Origin: Chiloscyllium plagiosum
Lineage: Eukaryota
Assembly (NCBI RefSeq): GCF_004010195.1
Contig: NC_057752.1
Coordinates: 6,026,044-6,090,043 of the forward strand
Direction of reading: 5' to 3'
Length of the DNA: 64,000 nucleotides
Part shown: piece after piece, positions 12,643 to 27,200 of the stretch
Position numbering within the stretch: the stretch's first letter is position 1
Layout: every line of letters starts with the position of its first letter
Notes under the pieces: model-generated
What the model saw: the letters and a program-made list of their open reading frames with translations, nothing else
What the model was told of the DNA's origin: nothing
Database searches by the model: none
Program-made: the position numbers and the translations under genes

Positions 12643-14659
12643 TAGCAAAAGCACCCCCTAGGACATTGGTTCCAGTCCAGTAGCCTGTCCAATTTGTAAT
12701 AGTCCCACCTCTGATCTACCACTATGGCACGTTCAAAGCCATGAATATTAATATTTTGAATTAGGATGTGACCATCAAGACTTTTCCCAAAGCCACACTG
12801 GAAATTCAAACAGGACAGATTAGTCAGGAAGACATCTGGGAATTGGAAAGCGTTACTAAGGTTGCATACATTGATTCTGCGTGACATCTTGGATTATACA
12901 GAGCGAGTTTACAACAGCATCCCCTAGTGGTGAATACATTGCGTTACGTTCGAAATTGTGTGAAAAAAACATCCGAATTGCAATTGGGAAAATAAATATT
13001 TTGGCTTTATTGGATGAAATAAGCATCTCCCTTGGGTCTTAAACATTTTAGAATATCCGTTAACAAAGTGTGATGTTCAGTTCAACTTATTTTGACCACT
13101 GTATCTGGTAAAAGTGTCACACTTAAAATTAGCAAGAAATCTGATGGACTTTGCCATGCATATTTTGTACAGTTGATCGATTAATCCGACTACATCACCC
13201 TCCAGTTGAAAGTTGGTGACAATCTCCCGGTCTTTTATCAGCACAATTATCTATAAATAAATAAAATACAAGCCATGTTCGGTACCTCTCCGCTACACTC
13301 GGGACAAGGCACTGGCTGCATCGTAAGCCCAAACTGGGTGGGAACTGAGCGTGTGTGGGAAACACGAGGCACCAGTTCACGTCCAACCGGCTCCAAACAG
13401 TGCATTGATAGCACCCGCAGGGAAGATTTGATAAGACAGTCTCTACTTAACCTAATATTCCAAGTTACTTGCCCCTGGTCCCGGTAGGAATAAATACAGA
13501 AAGAGATATTGTGGAAAAGAGTGTGTGGAACACGTAGTCCCAGAAAATCATAGGCGTGGAAACGTTTAAAGGAGGCGAATCTCGGAATTAAAAGTATTAA
13601 CAAGTAACGTGATTAAAATGATGACCATGCCATGCATATAGTTTTACAAAGACCCAGAAGTATAAATGATCCGGTCCTATATTCCTGTTAAACGGTTCAA
13701 TGGTATTCTGATACAAAACAACTGAATACACGTTAAGGTGGGCGTCTGTTTTCACAAATTGCGGTGCGGAATTGTCAATTTCTCCCTCGGACAGTTGTGG
13801 GGGTGGGGCTGGAGGAAGTATTTAACACAGTACTGTGCCGTGTGAAGTTATGTAAAATCATGAATTAATGATACCACCCCATGTAAATAAGTGTAAACAA
13901 AAGGTGACTTGTTGACGAGAAATGTGCTTCCTTCGGATTATTTCAGCGGCGAGGAGAAAAAAGTACAATAAAATCCCACATGTTGCCCCATTTGCTCCAC
14001 TTCCTCTTACTCTGCAGGTTATTTGTGGTGTCCTGAGGACCTCTAGTGACAGAAAAGTTGGAATTGTAACTGCACCATCATTTCCAGCAAGGCGGAACCA
14101 AACAGCACAGAAAGATGCCCTTCGTGCCTGTTCCAATTCTTTGACAGGGCTCTCCAATTAGTTCCACTCCCCGTGCTCTCTCTTCCTCATTGTCCCAGAG
14201 ATTATTTCCTTTTCAAATGTATTTCCGATTCCCTATCGACAACAACTTGCATTTGAAAAAAGACAATTTTGAAAAATATTCCCAAGGCATTAACACAAAC
14301 CAAAATATGACACGAGGAAATATTAGGTCAGATCACCAAAAGTGTCTTAAAGGATGAATGTAAAGCTGTGAGGTGGAAGGAACATTAAAGCAAACGAGAG
14401 GCTTTTGTGGGGCAGTGGTACCTCTAAGCCAGGTGGCTCAGGTTCAAGCCCCACCTGCTTCAGAGGTGTGTAATTTTGTTCTTTTTACCCGTGGCCGTTT
14501 GTGTACGTGGAACGACACAGTAAAAAGATGCCATTGTGCTAAAACTTTTATCTTTACCACCAGGAAAGAATCCATGTGGCTAGTGAAACATTAACAAGCA
14601 AAGCCTGATAGGGCAATACTTCTGTGAAAAACGTGAAAGGGGGTGGGGAAGAGGACGGG

Positions 14660-14800
14660 GGGACTAAATCAAAACAGAGTTCAAGGGGGAATATAAAACA
14701 ATCCATCCCCAGTGGTGCCCACCTCTCCCTAAAGGCATTGAGAGCATCAGTGGGCAGCCTGTGCTCCCTCGCCAAGGAGGGGGGGTAAGGCTGGTTGGAG
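14660..14800 (-). mobile_element. Possible L1/Tx1-like LINE 3' fragment
   Basis: Translation SLAREHRLPTDALNAFRERWAPLGMDCFI resembles Tx1 ORF2 C-termini (from memory). Confidence 0.45.
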
Positions 14801-15557
14801 TAGGGAACCCTCAATGACTAGAGTTGTTGAGGCCCTAGTGAAGAAAAGTAGGCATATATGTATAGACAGCTTGGATCAAGTGAATTCCTCGAGTAGTATA
14901 GAGGGTGTCAGAGTACACTTAAGAGAGAAATCAGGGGCACTGAAAGGGGACTCGAGATGGCTTTGGCAGATAAGGTAAAGAAGACTCCAAAAGGATTCTA
15001 CGTGCACATAACGGACAAAAGTGTAACTAGGGAGAGAATTGGGTCTCTTAAAGATCAACAAGACCATCTACGTTCAGAGGTGGAAGAGATGGACAAGATA
15101 CTAAATAAATATTTCTTGTCAGTATTTACCATTGATAAAGGCATGGATGCTCAGAAACTTAGGGAAATAAAAGCTGATGTCGTGAAGCTAGTCAACATGA
15201 CAAAAGGTGTTGGAAGTCTTAAAATCATTAAGATAGATAAATCCCAGGACATGATAAAGTGCATTCCAGGACCTTGTGAGATTCTAGGAGGAAATCGCAG
15301 GGCCCCTAGCAGAGATGTTTGTATCATCAACAGCCATGGGTGAAGTGACTGAAGATTGGAGGGTGGCTAATGTTGTGCCATTATTTAAGAAAGGCTGCAG
15401 GGAAACGCTTGGCAACTACAGACCGGTGAGCTTAATGTCTGTGGTGGGTAAGTTGTTAGAGGGGATTCTGAGAAATGGGATCTACAGGCATTTGGGATAG
15501 TCAGTTTTTTTGAAGGGATGAACAAGAAAGTAGAGGAGGGCAGTGCATAGCCATTTA

Positions 15558-15870
15558 GGGGGGCACAGTGGCTAGCACTGCTGCTTCTCAGCACCAGGGA
15601 CCCAGGTTTGATTCCCCTCTTGGGTGACTGTGTGGAGTTTGCATATTCTCTCTGTGTTTGTGCGGGTTTCCTCCCACACTCCAAAGATGTGCAGGTTAGG
15701 TGAATTGGCCATGCTGAATTGCCCATAGTGTTCAGGGATGTGTAGATTAGGTACATTAGTCAGGAGTAAATGTAGAGTAATGGTGAAGAGGTTTGGGTGG
15801 GATACATTTTTAAGGGTTGGTGTGGACTTGTTGGGTCAAAGAGCCTGTTTCCACACTGTAGAGATTCTAT
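15558..15870 (+). mobile_element. tRNA-derived SINE inserted in CR1
   Basis: Same head and body as 12390-12642; tail cctgtttccacactgtagagattcta. Confidence 0.8.
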
Positions 15871-15949
15871 TATTGTTTACATGAACTTTAGCAAGGGCTT
15901 TGACAAGGTACCACATGGTGGGTTGCTCAGTAAGGTTAAGTCTCACAGG

Positions 15950-16240
15950 GTTTAGATCAGAGTGGTGCTGGAAAAGCACAACAGCATCCCAGGAGCAGGA
16001 AAATCGACATTTCAGGCAAAAGTCCTTCATCAGGAATAGAGACAGGAAGCCCCCAGTGTGGAGAGATAAATGGGGTGGTGGGGTGGTGGGGGGGGGGGGT
16101 GCTTGGGGGGAAGGTAGCAAAGAGTACAATAGGTGAATGGGAGGCATGTCCTCGGCAGAGTGGGAGGGGGAGTTGAAGTGTTGGGCCACGGGGCAGTGGG
16201 GTTGATTGGTGCGGGTGTCCCGGAGATGTTCCCTGAAGCC
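15950..16240 (-). mobile_element. Penelope-like element (PLE) 3' fragment with GIY-YIG-region remnant
   Basis: Minus strand encodes FREHLRDTRTNQPHCPVAQHFNSPSHSAEDM; flanked by 13-bp TSD taagtctcacagg (15937-15949, 16241-16253). Confidence 0.8.
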
Positions 16241-17454
16241 TAAGTCTCACAGGATCCAGGGAGAGCTAACCAATTAGATACAAAATTGGTTTGAAGGTCG
16301 AAGACTCGGTCGTGGCTGGTGGTAGAGCATTGAGTATTGGAGATGGGATATCTTGTTGCAGTGTACAAGATGTTGCTAAGGCCACATTTGGAATACTGCG
16401 TGCAGTTCTGATTGTCCTATGATAGGAAGGATATTATTAAACTAGGAAGACTGTAGAAAAGATTTACTAGGATGCTATCTGAACTGGAAGGTTTGTGTTA
16501 TAAGGAGAAGCTGGGACTTTTATTTTCCCCTCGATTGTAGGAGACTGACCTTATAGAGGTCTATAAAACCATGAGAAGCATAGATAAGGTAGATGGCCAA
16601 CAGTTTTTCTCTGTGGTATAGCAGTCTAAAACTAGAGGGCATGGGTTTAAGGAGAGAGGGGAGAAGTACAAAAGGGTCCAGAGGGGCAATTTGTTTTCAC
16701 ACACAGAGGTCAGTGTGTGTCTGGAATGGGCTGCCAGAGGTGGTGGAGGGGAGTACAATTTCGTTGTTTAAGCAACATTTGGACAGGTACATGGGTGGGA
16801 TAAGTATGCAGGGATGTGGAGCAAACATAGGCAAATGGAACTAGATTAATTGTGAAAACTAGGTGGCATGGGCAGGTTGGGCTGAAGGGCCTATTTCCAT
16901 GCTGTAAAACCTCTATGACACCCAGGCTCAAACATAACCATGGAAGAGAGGCAGAAGTGTGTCATAACATCTCTTAACAAAGTGATGAGGAAAATATCTA
17001 TACATGAAGCTGCATGAGAAGGGGCAGATTTTAAAATCCAACATCCATTTCAGAGAAATGCAGAAATTGGACTGTGTTACAAGAGCCTGGAATCCGTCTT
17101 AATGTATCCTCTGTGATCAGATTTTGAAACCGACTTGACCATACCATACACTGACAAAGAAGCAAGTGGCAGGAGGTCACAAGGAAGGGTTTGGGAGTAC
17201 AGACAGCTTCCTCCAGACACTAAGCTTCAAGCACAAGTCAGCCCAAGAATAAGTGTCAGAACACACTGCAATGTTACATCCACCTTGGCTCACAGACTGC
17301 TTGCGCAGGAGGGTTAATTCCAGAATGATCAAGTCCAATTATTAATGAAACCATCCAATACACTTTTGTTACATTTTGTGAATAGGTTCTTGGTATAACA
17401 GTGGATTGGACACATTCCCATTTCAGATACTTACGGGCAGCAACAAGCAAGGTG

Positions 17455-17552
17455 GGATACAGAAAGCTCCCTCTGCACTGTCCCCATCAAACGGTCTCAG
17501 GACAGGTACAGCATGGAATTAGATAGAACTCCCTCTACACTGTCCTCATCGA
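17455..17552 (+). repeat. Two degenerate units of a ~65-bp repeat
   Basis: ctccctct(g/a)cactgtcc(c/t)catc occurs twice. Confidence 0.55.
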
Positions 17553-18549
17553 CATACCTAAACGTCGACTCAGGATTTACACACTCTGCAGCTGTTTGAA
17601 ATGTTCCAATTCTCTGAGGCAGTATACCAAGAGGCCTATAACTCTAGAAACGCAAGTCAAGACTCCTTCAACCTCATTCCATACTGCAGCCAGCAGAGGC
17701 CAGGAAGAGAGTCCATCCTGTTTATCTAGTTTGGATTTCATCCCAGATGTCAGAGCTAGACCACCCAGTTCCCCCTCCCATCCCCAAATTACTGAAATAA
17801 CTATGTGAATATAATTTCACAAACTGAAAACGTCTATAAGTGGCTGGATGGGCTTGATCTCTTTTTCCCACACCACAAAAACAGACAACTCAATCCCAGG
17901 TCCCAAAAAAATTGCCAATAAGTCTGTACAGCAAGTTAAACTGGGCACCCTCTTTTCCCATTCCCACTGATTTGCTTGGGCACCATCCCATACTTAGGAC
18001 TTGATGGTGTCAAAATCACAGTCAGTGCCTGAATGTTATGGGATTGTGTGTCAAGGCAGTTGTGGTGTAAGAAGCTCTGTTCATGTTCTCGCCTTCTAAA
18101 AGGCTCTCACCTCTTGCAATTGTGACCTCTGGGACCTTGCCCAAGCGGTGTTATTTGTGCCCCAACTGTTTTGGCAAGGTATTTACCACTGGACCCAGCT
18201 TGGTTGCCCTTGTTCTCCAGGTTTTGCATTTCACCAGAAAATGCTATCCAGTAACCAGGAGCTGGAATTCAGAGGCCAACTTAAAACAATGCTAGCCTTG
18301 CCCTGGCTGAGATCAGGAGGCGTTAAACTCAGGAGACTCCCAGCCAGAGTAAGTCAGCTATTCACTGGCTCAAAGTCAGGGAGCCAAAGAGCCAAAATTG
18401 GCTGAATAGGTTGACTCAAAATTGGCTGAGAGATAGCAGTCTACAAATTCTGAATGTTTTCAATTAACATTGGTATTAACACATCCAACATAATTTGCAT
18501 GCAACTTAAAACATAGGACAAGAGGGCCGGCATATGAATAATTTACATG

Positions 18550-18555
18550 TTTATT
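18550..18555 (-). terminator. Candidate TARBP2 polyadenylation signal (AATAAA), implying a ~2.5-kb 3' UTR
   Basis: tttatt on the + strand at the end of a largely non-repetitive stretch downstream of the stop codon. Confidence 0.35.
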
Positions 18556-21046
18556 CACTCAAGTTGGGCAGATTTTTTTTGAGTGTTTAAATACAAAAGA
18601 AGTTACAAATGCACTTGAAACATTAAGTTGCCTTTTTGCTCTACAGGTCCTGACAGAACAGTTGAGAGTATTTCTGACATTTGTTATCCTTTTCAAGTAG
18701 AAATGGTCTTTTCTCTAAACAGTTCCTTTGTGGCTTTTCCAGACTCAAATACGTGCAAAGCACTGGAGAGAGCTGAAAGAGCACCACTTCTGAAAAAAAA
18801 AGGGCACTAATTCGACTTACAAAAGAACAACCAGACAACAGATTGTACGCATAAATACTGAAAACATTTAAAAAGAAAATTGGGAACCTGGATGCAACAT
18901 TTTGATTTGCTATCAATGAAAAGAAATATTCATTTTCTTTAATAATTATCAAAAGTTTTCTTTAATATTCTGCCAACTCCGTGAAAAGCCTCTGTACAAT
19001 GCTTTAACTGAAATCACATTTGCCATGTGAATTGTGCGCTCATTATGAGGTGTAGAGGAGTGGGCCACTTTCTATCAGATGGAGAGCCACATATGCCCTC
19101 TGTTCCATCCCAACACTGGGAAGAATCACTACATTCAGCAACATTGTAAACATGATTTTCTTTCTATATAAATGTACGTATTTACACCAGGGGAGCGATC
19201 AAGCAATTCTTTGCCTCACCCCAATCCCCAACACTTCACACCAGTCTTTGCAATCGCCTTAAATGGAGTCTGCCACAGTTTTGCCACAAAGTTTACATCT
19301 GCGATCAGTTGATTGCCATTTGCCATTGAGCCCTCCCAGCGAGTAAACTGAAACCTCTTCTCCTGGACTGGGCTGAATGAGCCTGGAACTTGGGAGTGAA
19401 GCATCTATTGTGTCATGGGGTCTCCCTGTTTTACATGCCTCTCTCTTTAACCCCACCCTTCCAGAAGTTACATCCTCTCTGCTCGGGCACAGGGTTTGAG
19501 TCTCCCCACCAGCGCTGAGACTCGTGTCACTAAGCGAGGTCAGGGTGACAGACATGACAGTTCGTCAAGTACTGCCACTGCCTGATTTCCATACAGGTAC
19601 ATTTTCTACAAAAGGTCACTTGATAGCAATCAAAAGCAAAAACAAAAGTTCACTTTCTTCATCCCTCCAATCGTAGCAACACTAAGGCCCATGCTGAGAT
19701 CATCTACCTCAGTACAAGCCAAGGTGCAACTCCCGCACACCTGCTTTAGAGCCACATTGGACAATACATAGAGCCCAAGGAATCTATGACAACAGTGACT
19801 ACACTTCAGAAGTACTTTTCTTGGTGCAAAGCATTTTGGAATGCACTAAAGTCGTGAAAGATGTTGTACAAATGCCAACATTTTTTTGTTAAAATGGAGG
19901 AGCCCCGAGTGCACTAAAAGAAAAGAACCTACATTTCATTGCAGACAACTGCAATCTATAATTATATCAAGGGGTGTGCATCCAAAATGGATTCCCTCTT
20001 AAAGATGCCAGGATCATTAAACCTGGCATTTGTTGTAACTACAAAAAGGTGATCACAATTTAAGGGAAGTAGACAGCTGCCTTTAGTGTTAGTACAGAAC
20101 ACTTGCAAGTTTTGGTACAGTAATTATTGTAACTGGAGTTCTAGGCCTGGAAAGCACATTGTATCAAAAAAAATCAATAACTTATTTCAAATGAAACTTC
20201 ATGATACTTGACAAAAACAAAAAATTATCATTCATTTTTTAACCTTTAAACACTGTTTATATACACACACTTTCTCCAGCCTTCACAGTTGGCCAGCCTC
20301 CTCATAGGAGGCTTCGTAATGCTACTTTGTGTCAAGTGGACAGAAGCAGACAAGGACCTCGCCCTCTATCCAGTGCCTTGTCCCTGCTCAGGCAACTTGG
20401 CCAAGAAGAGAAATGGACAGACACACAATGCAACGTTATGGGATTACTAGCACATCATGCTGGGATAACAAACACCCATTTTTCAGTAGGGTGCTGAGTG
20501 ACCCTGACAATTGGAAGGAGATCAAGTGAACGTCCCAAACTCACTTGCGAGATATTAATATGCCATATATTGTGAGAAATTAAGTTAAAAGAACATCAGA
20601 TGGCCATCACCACTGCAGCAATTCCACTCGAACTATGGTTAGTAGTGCCAGGGACACTATTCACAATCACAGTAGGCTTCTAACTACCAGTTTGAGTGAG
20701 ACTCAAGGGCAAGAGTGTACTTGCCAACAGCAGTGTCATGTTGACCATCCAGCAAATTAGAGGTGGACAACATGGGAGAGCAACACTTTGGGAAACAAAG
20801 AATCAACATAAACTTTCAGATTCCTTCTGTCCTGCCTTGCATCACTGACCCATCACCAAACCTTCCCCCCACCCCCCCGACCCCACACAAAAAAAATAAA
20901 AAGGCACCACCGTAAGAAACCTCGACTTCCAATCAAGTACACAACTTGGGAAATTCAAGCTGTTAGTTTTAAAAAACATGTCAGTTTGGGAGGGAATTAA
21001 AACAGTGCTGGTCAGACTGAGGAGTGATCATTGTTCTCCACTGGGC

Positions 21047-21204
21047 TCACTTTCCTCCAGCCATGATTTTCAGATATTGCAGTGCATTGTGGGCTGCATT
21101 GGCACGGGCACCATCCCTTGTTGAGCCAGAGCCGTGGCAGACGGTGGTGGGCTGCGTTGATAGCTCCACAAGACACTGGTACAGGCCACTCAAGCTCAAC
21201 TCTT
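21047..21204 (-). CDS. TARBP2: TARBP2 last coding exon
   Basis: [52 protein letters not shown] then TGA. Confidence 0.96.
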
Positions 21205-24200
21205 CTGGAAAGAAAGAAAAAAAAGTCACAGGAAGTTAGCAAACATCTAGAGAAGTAGGATTATTCAGAACAGCGTTCAAACTTCCTTAACTGATATAGA
21301 GAACAGGTTTCCACCACTGTCTCCCTTAAACTGGACTAACTGGCTTCACCACTTTTATTTTGAATATTTGCATATGTGGGTGTTGCCAGTATTTCTTGCC
21401 GCATTCCTAATTGTGGTGAGGTGGTGGTGGTGGTGAGCAACACCTTCTTGAGCCACTGCAGTCCTTGGGGTGCAGGGATGTTATGGAGGGAGTTCCCAGG
21501 ATTTTAATCCAGCGACAATGGAGGGACAGTGATAGATTTCCAGGTCAGGATGGTGAGTGGCTCGGAGGGGAACCTGCAAGTGGTGGTGTGCCCTAGTATC
21601 TGATGTCCTTGTCCTTCTTGATGGTAGAGGTCACAGACTTTTGGAATTCACCAGATTGGTGGTAAAGAATGAAACCTTAAGTAGGAAGAACAATCACATT
21701 TAGCGTTAGGGATGGGAGTGGAAAGTTATTAAAAAAAGGGCCAGATGGAATAGTAGTAGTAGGGCAAAGAAAAAGCAAACAATTGGAATGGACTCCAGCA
21801 AACTAGATAATTTCTTCTCATTAAGACCATAAGACATAGGAGTGGAAGTAAGGCCATTTGGCCCATCGAGTCCACTTTGCCATTTAATCATGGCTGATGG
21901 GCATTTCAACTCCACTTACCCGCACTCTCCCCGTAGCCCTTAATTCCTTGGGAGATCAAGAATTTATCAATCTCTGCCTTAAAGACATTTAACGTCCCGG
22001 CCTCCACTGCACTCTGTGGCAATGAATTCCACAGGCCCACCACTCTTTAGCTGAAGAAATGTCTCTTCATTTCCGTCCTAAACTGATCCCCTCTAATTCT
22101 AAGGCTGTGCCCACGTGTCCTAGTGTCCTAGTAACGGAAACAAATTCCCAGTGTCCACCCTTTCTAAGCCATGCATTATCTTGTAAGTTTCATTAGATCT
22201 CCCCTCAACCTTCTAAACTCTAATGAGTACAATCCCAGGATCCTCAGCTGTTCATCGTATGTTAGGCCTACCATTCCAGGGATCATCCGTGTGAATCTCC
22301 GCTGGACTCGCTCCAGTGTCAATATGTTCTTCTTGAGGTGTGGTGCCCAAAATTGGACACAGTATTCTAAATGGGGCCTAACTAGAGCTTTATAAAGTCT
22401 CAGAAGCACATCGCTGCTTTTATATTCCAACACTCTTGAGATAAATGACATTGCATTTGCTTTTTTATCCACAGACTCAACCTGCAAGTTAACTTTTAGA
22501 GAATCCTGGACTAGCGCTCCCAGATCCCTTTGTACTTTGGCTTTATGAAATTTCTCACCATTTAAAAAGTAGTCCATGCCTGTATTATTTTTTCCAAAGT
22601 GCAAGACCTCACATTTGCTCACGTTGAATTTCATTAGCCATTTCCTGGACCACTCTCCTAAACTGTCTAAATCTTTCTGCAGTCTCCCCACCTCCTCAGT
22701 ACTACCTGCCTGTCCACCTAACTTCGTATCATCGGCAAACTTCACCAGAATGCCCCCAGTCCCTTCATCCAGATCATTAATATATAATGTGAACAGCTGC
22801 ACCCCCAATACTGAACACCGTGGAACACCACTTGTCACCGGCTGCCATTCCGAAAAAGAACCTTTTATCCCAACTCTCTACCTTCTGTCAGACAGCCAAT
22901 CCCGAATCCATCCCATTAAAATGGCATAGAAGATTGCACGTACAATCTCTAGGATTTGAGTACATAATTTAGACTTCCCATACACTAACAGTGTGGCACT
23001 CCCATACTACACTGCTGTTGTACAATGTTTTAGATAAGATGTTAAAATGGAGACCTGCCTACCTCCTTAGATGAACATAAAAATATGTCATAACAGGCTA
23101 AACCGGATCAACAGATCATCCACCTCAAACTGGTTTGCATCCTCGGAACATTCCTAACTCTTCCAATTTGGAACATTCAAATAGTTAGGTGCAATATAAA
23201 TGCAAACGCTTCCTTTCACTTCACAGGTCCTAGAATTAACTGCCCCCTTGCTTAGTCAGAAAGGCTTTACTGCTCATTTTTCTGTTGGTAATCCAAGCAC
23301 TGGTTTCAAGATCAGCTAGCTGTAACTTAATGCTACAGTCCCACATGTATGCTCCTGGCAATGAAACATGGAAAGTTATCAATTCTCCACGGGTGAAACA
23401 GGCTCCATTCACAGTACAGTCAGCTCAAGGTGCCTTACCGATATCTAAGTAACTGACGTCGAACCGCTGCTCCTCGGCCAATTCCCTCAACATCTGGCAA
23501 AAATTGGAGTTGGAAACACCAAGTGGGTTGCTCTTGAGGTGAAGAATTCGTTCCCCTGCAGAATTCCGGAGCGAATCCCACGTGCAACCTGCGCTCTTGC
23601 CCTTCGGCCCATCCAGCTTGTTACCAACCATCTGGAGAGAAAGAAGCGCAATGGAAGAACCACCTCCTTTCAGCATGCCGGTCCTCATTTAAAACGTGGC
23701 TGCATTTTCCTTTCTAGTGATGGAATGCTCCACATTAACCCGTTACATGGCTCACAGTTCTGTCACTAACGTTGCCACGCTTCTGGTGGGATTGGGTGCT
23801 TGGCTCTCTTCACACAACAAACTCAAAATCCAAGTGCTGCTGTCGGCTAATCGTGTGATTCACAAACCTAGGAGTCTTTTGGGAGACAGAATGAGCCCCA
23901 GAGAGAAGGCACCAGAAATGCAAACCAAGAATAAATTTGTTTGGAGGTGGGGAAGGGGGTTTAAATTAAACAAAACACAATTGATAAGGTGGCCATGAAA
24001 GAATTCTATAAAGACTCTCAGTCTCTAAGATTATAGAAAATAGCAGAAGTAGAACATTTACCCCTTTGAGCCTGCTCTGCCATTCAAGACTATCATGGTT
24101 GACTTTTTACCTCAACACCAACATTCTCACCACCTCCCCCCCCCGCATACTCCTCAATTCACCCAACCTAAATAGGAGCTCGACTGTCACTCAATATAGA

Positions 24201-27200
24201 ATCAGCAGAGGTCACGAAGAGTCGCTGATATTTTAGTCATTCTAAAAGCCATTCAAAATGCTTCAATTTGTGACACTCTCCATTCATCATCTCATGGGGC
24301 ATTGTAGTAGTTATGTTATTGGAGAGAAATCTAGACGTCTGGATTAATAATCCAGAATTTAAGACATACCAGCTGGAATTAAAAAGAGATGGTATCAAAA
24401 GAAGTGGCTTCGAAACTGCTGGGCACGCCACAAAAACTCAAATGCTTCGCAAGTATCCTTTAGAGAGAGAAACCTGATACACTTGTCCGCTGTGGGCCTA
24501 CATGTAACTCCAGCTCCATATCAGAATGATTGTCTCTTAAATACCCTCTTCAGTGGCTTAATGAGCTACACAGCGACATAAAATTATGGTGATTGATGGA
24601 GAGCAGTGTCAGCAACACCCACACTCTGAAAACGAATGAAGGAACTTCAAATTGCTCCCATCATTAATAGCCACCTTATAACCACCAGAATATCACCCAA
24701 GTGCTGTAAAACTATAAACATTCCAGACCAGAGTATTGTTGGGTAGTTTTCAAAATTTGAAGAGGACATGGTGTGTTTTCTCAGTCACTGCTTTACTGAA
24801 CCACTCCAGACCTCCCTCAATATCTGTTTGTACAATACAAGCAGTCTCCATTACTGTCTCAGCTCACTCCAGTTAGACATTTTTGTCTAAAACCTAGCAG
24901 GGCTGTCATGTCATCACCAGCAGATTGTCAGCTCTCTCTCATGACGCAAACTGGCGCTCTCATTAAAAACTGCAATTCATCCTTTCACACACTTACAATG
25001 GAAAACTGGTCATCTTCTGGCTCGACTTCGTTCCCGTCCCTCTGATCCACAGGGACATCGTGGATTCTTGCTAACATCTTTGCGGCAGCGTTGCGCTTGG
25101 CCAGCTTTTTCGACGTCCCACTCCCTATGATAGGTAAGACATCACCAGTTAAGAGACCGATCACACTAGTTTCTACTCTGCATCACCAAATCTATACAGT
25201 ATTCATTCTCAAAACACCCCAATGTGTGAGAGAGAGAAAACACCATTCATTAAACTTCAAAAAGAAATCCCTCAAATGCTCAGCACATCTTTCTTTAAAT
25301 TGGGTTGGCACAGACTTCCATGTCTAGTTCAACTGTACCACTGCCCCACATACATGTTCCACAAATTCTGGCAGCAAAACTCCTGTAGGCTGGGAGCTGA
25401 AGCCATGACTGTCAATGGTCTCCTGACCCTGCTTTAAGCTGTATGGATAGGTAATTCCACTAGGTAGCTGACATTCAAACAACTACTTAAAGATCAATTC
25501 AAATTGCTGCCTTCTGCAAATGATCTCAATTGTAGTCAAATACACTTGATTTAACCAATCTTTTAAAACCCTTTTGATTCGATTCCCAAGTTCCCTTCCA
25601 AAACTCTCCTTTCTTATACAACTCCCACACAAAAAAAGGTAACAATTGACATCTCTGGGAAAGATCAGACAGCAGTTCATCCGATGGCAGAGGGAGATCA
25701 GAATGTGCTGGCTAAAAAAGCAGCCTGTTTCACACACTAAGTGCCATGGTGCAGCAAAATTACTTTGTCTGAGATGCACACAAACTCCTAAACTGCGTCA
25801 AATAAAGGCCTGTGTGTAAAGTGCAAACATTGAATGCTGGGGAAGAAAGGGCTGAGTATTTCCAAAGTTGCAGTATTGACTTTCCTGGTTCACCGATGGT
25901 GAATTCTCCATTATTATTTCAAAGATTATGACACAAAGACATCGCAAAACAAACTGCTGAACAACTACCTTAAATCTCAGTTTAGGTGGCTGACACCGAG
26001 CTCTTGCTACAGTTAGCAATGATAAATCCTTTCCGTAATGCTCTGGGAATAAGGGGTATTTAAAAGAAAACTCAGCAATGTCAAGCAAAATTAATTCTAA
26101 AATTATTTTTTTCAATTCCTCATTGTGCATAGCAAGGTGGTCCAGGAGTTTTGTTATGCTAAGTTATTGGAAGAGGTAGGGAGAAAAAAAACAACTAATT
26201 TAAACCTCAATGTTGCTCGCACAATTTGGAAGTGCCAGGAGATATTTAGAAGTGTCGGTTGCATAGTCCAAAAATGAGGTGCGATATGGGTAATGGGGTA
26301 ATGAATGCTCTGTGAGAATCGGTGCTGCTAGTTCTATGGAATCAGAGCAACCTGTAGCACAAAAGGAGGCCAATCAGCCTATTATGCCTGTTTGGCTCTT
26401 AGAAAGAATTATCCCGCTTATTTCCACGCTCCCATATTTTGGACTGAAGGGCAAATCACTTGACACCATTTTACTAAACACATCCTAACAATTAAACAAA
26501 AACACAAAACTCAAGACACTATGGAGCCTTGCAAAATGTTCTGCAAGCATCACATTACCTCAGCAAGTGACACGTGTGCAGTTCTTCTTAACTAACCTCA
26601 ACAGTCAATTCCTTCAGTCAGCTGCTTCATCAGCGACATTCTCTTCAGCATAGGGTCAAAAGTGGGGATGTTCACTGATGATTGCACAATGTTCAGCATC
26701 TTTTGCGACTCCTCAGATACTGAAGCAGTCATGTTCAAATGCAACAAGATCTGAACAATATCCAGGCTTGGGCTGACAAGTGGCGAGTAGCATTCATGCC
26801 ACACAAATGCCAGGCTATGACCATCACCAATAAGAGACACTCTAAACACCACCCCATGACATTCAATTGTGTTACTATCACTGAATTCCACTTCTCTCAA
26901 CATCTTTGGGGTTACCGTTGACCAGAAACTCAACTGGACTAGCCACATAAACATAATGGTTACTCGAGCAGGTCAGAGGCGAGGAATACTGTGGCAAGTA
27001 ACTCACCTCCTGACTCCCCAAAAACTGTCCACCATCTACAAGGCACAAGTCAGGACTGTGATGGAATACTCCCCACTTGCCTGGATGGGTGCAATTTCAA
27101 CAATGCTCAAGAAGCTCAGCACCATCCACAACAAAGCAGCCCACTTGATTGACACCACATCCAGGAACATTCAATCCCTCCACCACTGATGCTGAGTAAC

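Larger units (their letters stand above)
14830..16920 (+). mobile_element. Fragmented CR1 LINE with nested SINE and Penelope inserts
   Basis: DWRVANVVPLFKKG, NYRPVSLMSVVGKLLE, 3' end ...gctgtaaaacctctatgac. Confidence 0.85.

Noticed and set aside
18130..18185. Possible NPFF-like (PQRFG) or amidated-peptide remnant: LFVPQ.FGK with a frameshift, or KR-CYLCPNCF-GK
   Set aside because: NPFF neighbours TARBP2 in human, but this match needs a frameshift, and no signal peptide or second RFamide was found; likely chance.
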